DNA of 64,000 nt. It comes from Raillietiella orientalis. Its lineage: Eukaryota. The notes below the pieces were generated by a model. It was not told the DNA's origin and made no database searches. It worked only from the letters and a program-made list of their open reading frames with translations. The first letter of the stretch is position 1, and each line of letters starts with the position of its first letter. The DNA lies in the NCBI GenBank assembly GCA_036172245.1, contig JAYWIR010000006.1, forward strand, positions 3,782,001-3,846,000, written 5' to 3'. Positions 39,201 to 51,102 of the stretch are shown piece after piece. Position numbers and translations under genes: made by a program.

Positions 39201-42200
39201 CGGGTGCCGAAACAACAGAGATGGCCGCGAGCTTCTGGAGCCGCACCCGTAGCTCCGGGAAAAGCAAAGACGACGAAAATTCGCAGACTCCTCTCTCCCT
39301 TCTTATTTCCTCCTTCTCTTCGTCTCCGATTTTGGAGGCTCGGGAGATGCGGCGGCGGCACAGATTCTTCGCTTCCTTGTCCAGTCCTCCGGATGCTCCT
39401 TCCACTCTGCTCTTCTTCACTCTCACCGGTTCACTCTCCCTGCCTCGCTCGGAGGATCGTGTGTGCGCTTTGCCCACTCTCACTTTCGATGCAGACCCTT
39501 ATCCCCTTCCCCGGAGGGACCTGGTCAGGCCTGCTCACCTGCTTCTGGAGAAGCCAGCTAATCTCCCTCCAACGCCCTGAGGAAGATGAACCGGGAGCCA
39601 CCAGGCTACCCGAGGTCTCGCGCGCCTTCCAGACGGCGGACGACTTGCGACGCCACGTCCTCGCGTGTCCCTCCCACCCCAGGGACTCCCCGAAAACTTC
39701 CTGCCTTCCCTGAGGCGCAGCATGAGGCTCCTCCCCTGCTGCACAGCCACCCTCCCCCCCACTTCTGCAATGGGAAAGTCACGGCGGTCCGACGGCGCTG
39801 GCATGTTCGCGTGGTGGAGGGAGAGCGACGCGATACCTCGGGTTAGGCAACCGAAACCAGCGGCAGTTGCCTCGACACCTCCCTCGGAACGCACGCCCGA
39901 GCGGGTGCGTGAAGGGCCGGAATCGAGAAGGGGACCCTCGTGCACCCACGGTCGTGAAAGCCAATCGGACCAGAACGAATCTTCGCCTCAGGGAGGAGTG
40001 CTGGAGCTGGCCCGGAACCAGGAGCGGCCCTATCCTCCCCCTGTCGGCAGGCGTTCGGGGAGGTCCGTGACATTCCACAGCCCCCCTTTCTGTACGAGGA
40101 TCAGCTCTTTTCTCCCCACGCGTTCCTCATTCCGGAAAGTGGCGGTGGTCTCGAAAGCACAGCTAATGCGAGCTCCTCACCTCGTGGAGGAGTCTGGACC
40201 ATTCCAGCATCAGCACGGGCCGTCCGCAATCACCCCATCCGCGTCACAAAGGCGAACCTGAACCACCATTCATCATCGTATCCCTGCAACCGCTCACCCA
40301 TCCAATCTTCAAAGACACTGCCTCTCGCGTGATGGCACTTAGGGAGCAGCACTTCTGGGGCCCCTTTGAATTCGTTTATTTATCTCCCACCGGGCGTGAG
40401 TGACCCGACCTCGTCACCGATCGGCTGCACCCACTCGACAATACTTTTTTTTTTTGTCCCTCCCCCTTCCTTCTTAATAAAACAAACAGCCACCCACTAT
40501 CGCGCACCCTCTCACTTTTGTGCGAGACCTCCCCCCTCCACACTCTTGCAGCACTCGCGACGTTCAGCCCCTCAGGTGCAACGCTTCTTCCAGGGTTACT
40601 CACCGGAGTTCACACAGTAATGTCGACGTCAGCTGCATCCTCCTCAATCCTGCGCATCCCGGTTCCTGTTCCCCTTCATTCCATTTTTTTTTTTTTAGTG
40701 TTCTCTCCCCAATGATCCTCGTGGGATGAGAGAGAGATTGCGGCGTTTCCGCCGAACCCTTGCTGCATCGCAGAACACGTGCACCTCTGCACAGCGTGTC
40801 CATCAACGCGCGTCCATTTGTGCCCACCGACTGACCGTGGCGATGGGTCGCATAGTGGTGCGTCCTCCGCCGACTTGGTCGGCGAGCCGAATTCCTGTCC
40901 CGGGGATGCAAAAATGGAAACGTCCCTCAACGGATTTCCGGATGCCAATGTCTCACCCATCCGGAATAGGAGGCTGAATTGCTCGTCCGTGGGAGCACGC
41001 CCGCTCCAAACCAGTGTACAGGAGATGATGAAGCGGGGTCCTCGTGCGGGCGGACGGGACGCTACGAAGGAATTCGCCCTTCCGTATAGCGTCCCCCTCC
41101 CCTGGTGCTCCTCCTGCGTTTCTCGAGCAGGAGATCCGAGCAGTTTCCTCCGTTGTCCCAGGTTTCGCCGCTGGAATGGCCGTTTTTCCTCCGGGACGCA
41201 GCAAAAGGGAACGCTCCCTTCCTTTCCTCCCACCCCTCGAAGGCGACAGTGGCAGCAGCTGATTCGTGCACTCCCCTCTAACAAGAGGCGGAGCCGCAAT
41301 CTTGAGAAATCCGGCCTTCGAGGTGATCTGCATGCAGGTCGTCCTCCTCGAAGCGAAGGGCGTCGTGTGCAGCAGCAGCACGCTCGAGGCAGCCGTTCGA
41401 GTCCTGATGACGTGCCATCCGCACGTTTCTAGGTGCCCCACGTGGACATTGAGGATGTGGTCAGGAATCCTTCTTCTTCTTTGGAGTGCTGCCAGACGCG
41501 TTCGCAATGGCCAAGAAAGACGAGTCCAAACGAAGGCAGCCGCTCCGTGTCCGTGAGCGACGGGTGGACACACTGAGAAAAGCGCCAACAGTACGGACGC
41601 CCTCCGAGCGCCAACTTCGCCCCCTTTGCACAGTTACGTACCAACAACAACGCGAGGTCTCACGCTCGCATCACAGCCGCTTGGGGGAACTTTTCCTTCT
41701 AAAGGGTTCCCTAAGGCAGCAGCGCACGTCTCTTTTCGCTCCGAGGGCTTCCTCTACAAAATTTAGGAGCGCCGCCGCGAGAAAAAAGCAGAGTTCCTAA
41801 TCAGAGCGTGATCTCTTCCGTGCTGTCCCTCCCAACTACGGTCGTGACAGCAGACAGGATGACCTCTTGCCGGGAGATAAACAAGGACTCTTCGAAGATG
41901 ATGGTCGTGACCGCGATGCCGTGCTGCACACGTCACCTGGGAAAGTACGGAAGAACGAAACAGCTGGCCAGCGGAAACGTAAAATCAATCTGCACACATG
42001 CGTTTCGTTTACAGATATTCGCCCATACAGCAACACATATATACACGTACGTACAGATATACAGGCAGGTATAGAGAAACTCATTTTCTTGATATGCTGT
42101 TTGGCCAATATATTGCTAGGCGTGCAGCTCACCTTTTCCGGGCACCGTTGGCTTTATCCACGAAATTTTGAAGCACACAAAGCTACGGAACAAAAATTTA

Positions 42201-43049
42201 GAACGACAGTGCATAATTCGAGTGTGATGTTTCCCGAATAGAATTTGTATATGCTCAGCAGTGTTGCTGAGTATACAGCAATCACTCCACCTCAGTACTG
42301 TACAAATGTATACTCAACGATATTGTTGAGTGTGCGAGTATGTGGGAATATCTGCAAATAAACGCATAGGTGCGAATGTGCGTGCACACACTGACGTGCA
42401 TGCAAGTTTTTTCGATGTGCTGTTTTAAAAATTCGTCAGCGTCGTCGCGAATACGTAGTGTACTGAAGACTCGATTTACTTCGACGTACACCGGATGTCG
42501 TACACAGCTGGTTGCGCCGGGACGTTTATGTATATAAAATCAACTTACAAGTCAGTGGCAGGACGGTTGGTCCTGCCACGTGAGAAATACCTCGGTACTC
42601 GACGGTGCCCGAACTCGTCGACCTCGGTACTCGTCGCGTTCGGCGAGAGAAAAGCTGTTTCGGTACTCGGCGGCGCATGCTCGGAACTCGACACCCCACT
42701 CTCATGATGAAACAAGTGGAGATTTTCGCCTCATGGTAGCTCGCGAACAGTGCCGAACACTTCCATAGAGTGTCTCCCGAATTGTTCCGTTTTTTATAAT
42801 TTCTATGCATTCGAATCGTTACTTGTGGGTCCTAGAATGGTTAAAAATGATACCACGAAGCCCAGAAAGGAATTCGTTCGGTACTCGTCTGTTTCGGCAC
42901 TCGACATGAATCACCGACAAGTACCGTGGTATACAAAAAGGAACTTGCCGAGAAGCGGCACGCAGAACGGTGAGGTTGGCATCGGCAGCAGGAGGGGGGG
43001 TCCAACAAAAAGAAAAACAAAATGAAAAATCTATATGAAAAAAAAATTG

Positions 43050-43265
43050 GGAGGATTGGGGAAGGGATCACCGGGTGCTGGAGGGTGTCCTCTGCATCCT
43101 TGTAAGGATGCCTGCAAGTTCCTGTTTCAAGAATCCCAGATGGGGTCATCTCGACGCTATCCTCAAGAAGAGGACCGCAAAGCTGATGCCGTCCCTATCG
43201 TCGTGGCATCCTCTGGCGTTGCTCCATGCGGCCACGATCCTGAATGGGCAGCAAAGTGCAGCTAG
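43050..43265 (-). mobile_element. Decayed LINE ORF2 C-terminus (second subfamily)
   Basis: ALCCPFRIVAAW..LRIASR*PHLGFLKQELAGILTRMQRTPSSTR*; DNA colinear with 52545-52740. Confidence 0.65.
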
Positions 43266-43289
43266 GATGCGGTCGGGGTGAGGGCATCA

Positions 43290-45200
43290 CGCAGGAAGAG
43301 GCGCTTCAAGACCCCTCTGGGGTTGGCCCCGTAGATCCACAAGGACATGGCAAAGGTGTGACTGTTGGTATCCTTCCGAACATGTTCCTCGACCTGCTCG
43401 TCATTCGCTTTTTGCCACGCTCTTCGGAAAAGAGGAGGGACTGGGAACGGGACCCTAGAGGTGGGTAGCTTTCCTTTCTTGCCGCGACGGGCTGCGCATG
43501 ACCCGCGGGGGCCACACGGGTCGCCTGCTGGACACTCCTTCGAGGCACGCGGAATTCGGGTACGCGGAGAGCGCGGCGCTCGAATCCGCCTCGCTTCCGG
43601 TGGACTTCATCGGGACTTTCTTCCAACAATAAGAGGGACAGATCTCTTCCTCCAGAGCCGTCCTGGATTCAGAGGGTGGTCCCTCCGGAGTAATCTCATT
43701 CGAAGAGTCGCACACGTGCCCTCGGGTGGCGTGGACAGCCTGAAAGAGCTTCATGACGGCCCTAAGGAGGCGAGCGGATCCTCGGCACTCCCCGAGAACC
43801 AAAAAAGTAGAAAATCCGGAAGAAAATGTGCAGGGGTCTCCACTGCAACTCATGCCGACCCTACTGGACGCTGGGGAGGGCAAGCTCGGGCTGTCTCAGG
43901 TGCAGGGAGGAACGGGAATTCCTCCTTCAGCTTCTCGTGGACCGTGTTGCCTCCGGCCCCTACGGGAACGTTTCAGAGCGACGCTCCGTATCCCAGTTGA
44001 CACCCTGAGGGACGTTTCACGGCTCCTCTTCGTGCGGAACTCCCTGCAGACCTTCCTGGATTCATAGGATGGTCTCGTCCCGGGTTACCCCCTATCTTTA
44101 AAGAGTGACACGCCACCTCGAACGGCGTGGACGGGTCAAAGAGCTTCGTGACCCTCCCTAGGGATGCGAGCAGCTCTTCAGCACTCCCGGGAAACAAAAA
44201 AAAAAAAGAAAACTCGAAAGATGAAAGGCTGGAAGGGAAGCAGAGGAAGAACTCCGGAAGATTCCCACGTTCCAGACCGTAGCAGAGTCACAAATGAATC
44301 ACAGAGGCTTCCTCGAGTTCGATGAATGCCTGTCTCCTCTCGGACGCAGGTCCATTAGGAGGAGGGAGGCAGCCAAGGGGACCTTGCATCCCATTCGTGC
44401 TTCCCAGTGCGACCTGATCAATCCGGGCTCGTCACGCAAAGCGCGTCCTCCGGGAGGAGTCACGTGAGCTGCCCGACGGACCCGCGCAAGGGCAGGAGTT
44501 GGCGGAGAGAAGCACCGAGCATTCGGCGCGCAGTCCACCAGGTGAAGCGCGCCGCCCCGCCTTCTCGCAGAGGGGCGGCGCTGATCCGAATGTGGTTGGC
44601 ACCCAAGCGCGCAGCTCCGTGCGTGCCGATACGCCTGTCCGATTGCGCCGGGACGCAGCGTGACCCCTGGGCCGTGGGGACGCCACAGGGCGAGTATTCG
44701 TCCACGCCGGCGTGCACGCTTGGCCTCGCATCACTTACCAACGCGGCACGCCCTTGCAGAATCCCGCGAAGGACCATTCGGGAGGGCTACCGGATGCCCG
44801 CAAAGGGGTCGTATGCTACCGAAAAGGGAGTCTCTGACCTCTGGGTTTGCTGCTGCTCGAGACGGCACTGGCATCGACAGCATCCGGAAGACCAAAGCGC
44901 CGCCCTGATAGGGCTCGCTCCTTGCAGTTGACCTCGTTACCATCCCATGCCGGTGAACCAGAGGCTCTGCAAGAGCAGCTTTGCCCATCCCACTCGTCTG
45001 TAAACCCCCGAAGAGCTTCCCACAATCCACTTTGGAGCGACTACACCTCGTGGGACGCGACCTATGAGGTGGATCGTGTTCCAGACATCTCGGACAGGAG
45101 TACTTCATTAACCCATTCCGCATTGATCTTCTGGGGAGTACGTAAACTATCCAGCGAGTAGGTCTCGACCATGACTCGAGACCTACTCCCTGGATGATGA
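43290..45200 (+). mobile_element. Decayed LINE ORF1 and endonuclease remnants, including 43985-44190 homologous to the body of 20715-21100
   Basis: The reverse complement of 44050-44190 aligns with 20715-20860 and 31795-31850; weak SRRGAALI, GVSDLW and ISDR motifs follow. Confidence 0.4.
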
Positions 45201-46172
45201 CGCGAGCTCTTCTGCTGTAGGAAGCCGTATTCAATGCAAGCTTTCTTTCGTCCATTACCAGCGGGCACCTCCAACGGCTTGGCATGCTCTTCAGAGGAGG
45301 CTGGGCCATCGCAGATGCAAACATCGCAGCGCTGCTCGAGCAATGGGACCAAATCTTCCAAGAAGGAGCGCAGAAGGCTGCAAAACGAGCCGGACGAGGG
45401 ACGTGCCGACGTGATCGCCACGGCCGACTGTCCCGGATTCCCCACATCCTGGGATGACCATGGGTTTCTGACCTGACCCTCCCCCCACAACGCGAGATGC
45501 GGTCAAGAAGAAAGTTCCCACGAGGACACACGCGAGGGAGCATATAACTCACGCACTGGGGACCCCAGCTGCTGTCAAGGGATATCGACTTGGGCGGGAA
45601 GAGGGAGCGTAGAAAGGCATCGTACACGATATAACCGTGTGCAGCATGGTATGTCGGCAATGCACGTAAAGTGCAGAAACAACGTGTGTCATGTGGCATT
45701 TCCGTGCAAAGACTGCTTTGCAGTCTCGCATCGTGCGCTTCAGGAGCTGCAGCGCACTCACCGGACTACGCAGCATCCCACATGATGACTCGCGTCCGAG
45801 ACGATCGGGTCGGAGGCGAACGGGACCGGGGGTGACCTTCACGAATACATCCCTCGTGAAAACGGAGCCGTCCCCGTTGCTCCGCGTCCCAATCCCTTCC
45901 TTCCCTTCTCTCCTCACCCTTCGGAGGGATGCTGTGCACCGCGTTCCATGCAGCTCGTTCATAACCCTCTCGGGGGGGGGGGGCGGCTTCCGCAGAGTGG
46001 AAGCGGCGCGCTTGCTCGCTTCCAGCCGGAGAAGCCGGTGCCGGCGCGAGTTTCGCGCCCGCCCGCGAGATGACGCTGCGACAGCTCCACGCTTCGCGTG
46101 CGCACCGGTAGGACGCCCTCGCTACTGCTCCGTCGTCGACAGGCGGTCGCGAAAGCTGCCTGCTGTCCGCGA

Positions 46173-49100
46173 TTTCGGATCATCCTAGACTGGAGTTCGA
46201 GCTCCTCCCGCCTGGCAAAGGGCCTCCGATGAATGTCTGGAGGTTGCCGGCCGACTGGCTTAGCAATTCGGAGGCGGCGGAGCATCTCCGCCAACACCTC
46301 CGGGGCTTCGCCATCTGTGAACTCGAGGACTGGGACGATCTGAAAAGATCGGTCCGCGAGTTCTGCTGCCGGTTCCCCTTGCACCTGCTTCCCCGCGGCT
46401 TCGGGGAGGGTGTCGCGAACAGCAGATCCTATCTGCAGGCGCGTACCTTTTCACGATGCCCGGACGTCCGGCGTCTGGCGGAGTATAAGGCCAGGGCCGA
46501 GCGCCAGGTTTGGCAGTCTGGAGCGGCTTGTCTGCTCGATGACGCTGGCCAGGAATGCTCGGCTGCAGCCGAAGTACACCGCGTAGTCAAGCGCTACTAC
46601 TCCTCGTTGTACGCGGAGGAGCCCACGGAACGCAGTCTCTCCGAGCTGCTTCTTCCGACGGGCAACCCTGCTATCGACGAGGAGGAACGCGCCAGACTGG
46701 ATTGGCCCTTCACGGCGGAAGAAGTATCTTCTGCCATAGCGGGCCTGAAGAGGCGTAAGGCGCCTGGGGAGGATGGCCTGCCCGCGGAGTTCTTTCAGTG
46801 CTTCGCGGCGGAGCTCGTCCCCCTGGTGCTAAGCCTTTCCTCGCTGATGCGTGAGACGGGAGATGTTCCCGCTTCTTTCCGCTCAGCAAAGGTGCGGCTC
46901 CTGCCGAAAGGCGGTGATCTGCGCCACCTCAGCAACTGGCGTCCGATCACATTGGTGAATTCGGACGTCAAGTTGTTCTCCAGGCTATGGGTCGCGCGCC
47001 TGGGGAGAATCGCAGAGTCCTTGGTAAGTCCGGAGCAGACGTATGCTGTTCCGGGGCGGTCCATGGACGCGAATCTCTTCTTCGCGCGAACATGGTTCGA
47101 GTTGCAGCAGCGCGTGGCGCAGCAGAGCCAGGCAGCCGAAATCGCCGCTGCCAAAGGAAAGCGGCGGTGTTCAAGGCACGATGGAACGCCGGGAGCCTTA
47201 GCGGTCGCCGTCGATCTCTGCAAAGCGTTCGACAGCGTAAACCAGGACCTCCTTCTGGAGCTTCTGGGACGCCTAGGCCTCCCGACGCACCTCATTGCCT
47301 ACTTGCGCTCCTGCTGGCGCCACGCGTTATGCTGTATCTCTTTCAGCGGGCGTCACGTGTACGGTGTTCCCATACGGCGGGGTATCAGGCAGGGAGACAG
47401 CTTAAGCCCTCTGCTCTTCAGCATCTTCTTTGAGTTGGTGCTGAGGGCGTACAGGCTGACGCTGGCCAACCTGCCGAGCTCCTGCCCGGGAACACCGGCC
47501 GTGGCCGCCTATGCTGACGACCTTCTCCTGCTGCTGCCCATGTCCACCCCGGCGTCCAGGCTCGAGGACTTCTTCGAGCTCATTCGTCGGGGAGCGGGCC
47601 TGAGCGTAAACAGGACGAAATCAACCGTTGTACCGGTTGGCTCTACGTGGGAGGGGCAGTCCGACTGGATCCGCCTGGGCATCCCCACGGGCAGGTGCTT
47701 GAAGTACCTCGGCGTTCCCTTGGGCGCCTTCTGTCCAGCAGAAGCGTGGTCGGACTGCCTTCACAAGGCCGAGACTGCTCTGGGCCCGTTCCAAGGCGGC
47801 AGGTTTCTCCTGTCGGAACGGGCCTTCGTGTGGAACATTTTCGTTGCCCCCCTCCTCCGTCCCCTCTTTTTTGTTTGTCCCCCTCCCTACTCGGCTAAGC
47901 GCCGGGCGCAACGCCTCTTGCGTAACGCCCTGTGGGGACCGGCGAGGTCCAGGATACGCCTGAAGGACTTGGCGGCTCCTCGGCGGGATGCAGGATTGGG
48001 CATCCTGACGCTGGAGCGGATCGGACTGCTAGTGCAGTTCCGCATGCTGGCACTTTGTGCGCAGCTCTGGACTACTCCCTGGTGTGCTCCAGCGCGGCTG
48101 CTGCTGCGGCGCAGCACGGGTGGCGACGGACTACGTTCGTTGCATGTGCGCACGGAGCGCGCCCAGAGAGGATTCGGCTTCCCTTTGAAGCAGCTCGCCA
48201 CGCTTCTGGGAAAGCATGAGTGGATCTCCTGCCGGCCGACGAACTTCAACGCCTGGAGGCAGGAAGCCTTATCGTCCTGGGCAGCGCAACAGGATGTGTC
48301 CCGTTTGGAACTCCGTTGCGTAAACCTTTCCCCATACTGTCCAGTGGGGGAGGTGCTGGAAGACCAGGACCAGTGGACACGCCTAGCCGCTATGCCACTC
48401 GCCGGAGCACTGTGTGCACTGATGGTGCGAGATGACAGTGACCTGCCGGCGAGGTGGGAGATCACCTGCGAAATTGCAGGCGAAACCCGACTGCTGGGCG
48501 GCTGGCGGACTTGCGAAGTGGCAGACGCTGCCACACCTCGCATTCTTGCAAAGGGGCTTCTCCGGTGGAGTGAGCTCCTCGGGGTGCCCACCGATGAACT
48601 TGTGGTCCCTTCTGCGTGTTTGGACACGACTCTCTTCCCCCTTCGGTGGAAGCAGGACGCTTTTCTGCTGGTGCATTGGGGTTTGTACTGCAACCAGCGG
48701 GCGCACCTGATTTCCGGGGGAGTTGCGTCCCCGAACTGTGCCCAATGCGGAGCGGTGGAATCGCTTCCGCATTTGCTGTTTGAGTGCGGTGCCCTCCAGG
48801 AGCTGTGGCAGCGGCTGTCTTCAGCGCTCCTGCACCCTGGACACACCGCACTGGATTGGATGCGCCGCTTCTACACGCGTGGCGGACTTTCTCTTGGAGC
48901 GGTCGTCGCAATCATCTGCTGCGTCCGCGCCATTGTCAGGGCCCGCCACGTATTGCAGATGCGAGCAGTCCCAACATCGGTCCCCGACACCGCAGCCTGC
49001 AACCTGCAAATGGCTGCCGGGTGGCCACATCTTGGAGCAGAAGTGAGGATGGAGATCGGCGGCATTCACCGCCGGTTCTGAGAATAGGAACGGTTAGACG

Positions 49101-49286
49101 ATATACCCCTGTCCCCGCCCCCCCACCCAGTTTATTTATTTATTGTCCCACCCCCTCCCGTTCCGAACTCTCAGTGTGTCCGGACTGCGTTCCGGGAAAT
49201 CTACTCCCCATTTTCTGTTCCCCTTGCCTGGGAACACAGTTCTCAGTTGATATTTTAATAAACGTCCCGGCGCAACCGGGTAATAA
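46173..49286 (+). mobile_element. Young 5'-truncated L1/Tx1-clade non-LTR retrotransposon
   Basis: Absent from the right arm. Begins at the terminal SDH motif of the APE endonuclease, has an open RT ORF and ~200-bp 3' UTR, and ends in a hairpin + TAATAA. Confidence 0.95.
46229..49081 (+). CDS. LINE ORF2: reverse transcriptase and C-terminal CCHC zinc finger; endonuclease lost by 5' truncation
   Basis: KAPGEDG, WRPITLVNSDVKLFS, DLCKAFDSV, GIRQGDSLSPLLF, YADD (47510-47521), KYLGV, CAQC-X7-H-X4-C (48737-48787). The frame continues upstream as ISDHPRLEFEL. Confidence 0.96.
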   Translation: MNVWRLPADWLSNSEAAEHLRQHLRGFAICELEDWDDLKRSVREFCCRFPLHLLPRGFGEGVANSRSYLQARTFSRCPDVRRLAEYKARAERQVWQSGAACLLDDAGQECSAAAEVHRVVKRYYSSLYAEEPTERSLSELLLPTGNPAIDEEERARLDWPFTAEEVSSAIAGLKRRKAPGEDGLPAEFFQCFAAELVPLVLSLSSLMRETGDVPASFRSAKVRLLPKGGDLRHLSNWRPITLVNSDVKLFSRLWVARLGRIAESLVSPEQTYAVPGRSMDANLFFARTWFELQQRVAQQSQAAEIAAAKGKRRCSRHDGTPGALAVAVDLCKAFDSVNQDLLLELLGRLGLPTHLIAYLRSCWRHALCCISFSGRHVYGVPIRRGIRQGDSLSPLLFSIFFELVLRAYRLTLANLPSSCPGTPAVAAYADDLLLLLPMSTPASRLEDFFELIRRGAGLSVNRTKSTVVPVGSTWEGQSDWIRLGIPTGRCLKYLGVPLGAFCPAEAWSDCLHKAETALGPFQGGRFLLSERAFVWNIFVAPLLRPLFFVCPPPYSAKRRAQRLLRNALWGPARSRIRLKDLAAPRRDAGLGILTLERIGLLVQFRMLALCAQLWTTPWCAPARLLLRRSTGGDGLRSLHVRTERAQRGFGFPLKQLATLLGKHEWISCRPTNFNAWRQEALSSWAAQQDVSRLELRCVNLSPYCPVGEVLEDQDQWTRLAAMPLAGALCALMVRDDSDLPARWEITCEIAGETRLLGGWRTCEVADAATPRILAKGLLRWSELLGVPTDELVVPSACLDTTLFPLRWKQDAFLLVHWGLYCNQRAHLISGGVASPNCAQCGAVESLPHLLFECGALQELWQRLSSALLHPGHTALDWMRRFYTRGGLSLGAVVAIICCVRAIVRARHVLQMRAVPTSVPDTAACNLQMAAGWPHLGAEVRMEIGGIHRRF

Positions 49287-49914
49287 ACGACAGCCGCCAA
49301 CGCCGGGCCGTTCATCGTAAAAGCAAGAAGCATACGTGTGCAGGGCCATCGGCCCTACAGCATCCGAAAGAATTCCGAACCGGCACTCAGCGATCGCAGG
49401 GCGTCCTCTGCATCCTTCCCAGGTTGCCGGCAAGTTCCATCCGAGTGTGCCCCGTCTGGGTCCGTCTTGCCGCCGTCCTCAGGAAGCGCGGCGCGGAGCA
49501 CGTGCCGTCCCTCACGCGCCGTCCACCAAGAAGGGGAGCAGGCACCATGCCGATCCCTTTTCTCGGAAAGCGCGCCCGGACCAGGGGAAGGCCGTGTCCT
49601 GCGTCGGATACGTCGCGCGCATCATCCCACTCCCCACTTTGCAGAGACGGCCCAACGATCCGGATGGCGCAGATGGGACCGCCAAACAGGCGGCCAGAAA
49701 AGAAGGCGGAGGTCCAGTGTGACAAGGGCAGGCGTGTGGCGTGGGAGGAGGCACGTCCGTCGTCACGCGTCTACCCCCTGCGGCTGCCAGGCGCGTCGCA
49801 AGCCCCGGTCCAGCGGTCGCCCGCACAGCAGGGGGGCACTGATCTATCCCACAGCGCGGAGGGGATCCGCAATGAGTTTGGGGGAGCGAGCGGGACAGGT
49901 CGGCGTGTCTCCCA

Positions 49915-49946
49915 CACGCACGCACGCACGCACGCACGCACGCACG
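49915..49946. repeat. (GCAC)n microsatellite, mirrored at 58232-58263
   Basis: Read directly. Confidence 0.9.
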
Positions 49947-50029
49947 TGGCAGCCGAGCCCTCCAATCGGCCCCAGCAAAGTGACGACGCCTCTGACGCGA
50001 CACCCCCCCTGAGGCGGAGCGAATCCCAC

Positions 50030-51102
50030 CCGAGTGGGTGGCGCTTCGCTCTCGGGAGAAGAAGAAGAAGATGCTGGAGACTTTCGATGCGTTTCGTCGG
50101 TTCTTCTGAAGTGCAGCATGCTGCCCAAACTTCCACCTAGCAACGCCCCTCGGGCTACAGTATCCAAAGAGTTGCCACCCACCACCACCCACTTCGCATC
50201 GCACCTCCGCTTGAATGGACGCTCGGCCGACGTGTCCCCAAAAAGCTTGCCTCACCCGCCGTAGAAGAAGCAACGGACCGCTGCCGGAGCGTCGTCACGG
50301 CGATGGGAAAGGCGTTCGGACTCGAGATGGCAGCCTCTCCCTCCTCGCTCCCGCCCTTCGAGCTCGCGCGACTCTTGGAAGCGAGACCACGGCCGCCGAT
50401 CCGGTCTCCGCCCCTTCCCGCTCCGGGACGCTGGGATCGCTCGAAGGAGGCTTCCCTCCGAAGCTTTTCCTCGGTAGCCATCCCAGCGCCTCAACAGCGG
50501 AACAGGATCTTCCGGTTCCTGCTGCATGCACGCATCTCGGTGTGCTTCCGGGAGTCGCCTCCGTGGGTCGGAGAGCCTGCGCTTCCGTTCGGATGGCACG
50601 CGAAATGGCTCGGCGGCTCCCGGTCCACATCCACAGAGCTCTTTCTCCACGTCCCCCTACGACGCTTCCACCGCCTGCCGCGAAAGGCCTTGCGGCGAGT
50701 CCCTACTCCTCTCTCGCCCTATTCTCGAGTCTCCAGGTGGCCGAACGCGCTGTTGGACGCCTGCGGCAACGCGGATTCCCGTTCTCCGGAGACTCCGACA
50801 GAGGGAGCGGCACAGCCGGTCGGAGCCGCCATCTTTCCCCTCCGGTTGTTTTCGTTGGCGGCGCCATTCGACCGGACGAGGCTGCGGTTTCGCCGCTGCT
50901 GCATGTTGCTGGGATCTCCTGCACCATTCGCGGGGTTGAGAAAAATCGCGAAGGGAATCCACGCGACCACCTTCCGACGTGGATCTCGACGAGGTTCTTC
51001 GCGTCCGGGACGCTGAGCCACGCAGGCAGCCGCCTCCGCAGCACACGGACCGCCGGGCTCTCGGACGAACGCAAGCGCCAGGCGCCCTCCAAGGCGTCAG
51101 AC
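50030..51102 (-). CDS. RhoGAP-like exon candidates in the left arm (50971-51102, 50030-50136)
   Basis: Mirror of 57076-58148. Confidence 0.4.

Noticed and set aside
46229..49081. Retron, group II intron, DGR or domesticated RT
   Set aside because: SDH endonuclease remnant, LINE-type RT motifs, CCHC finger, empty site and many decayed paralogues show an ordinary 5'-truncated LINE ORF2.
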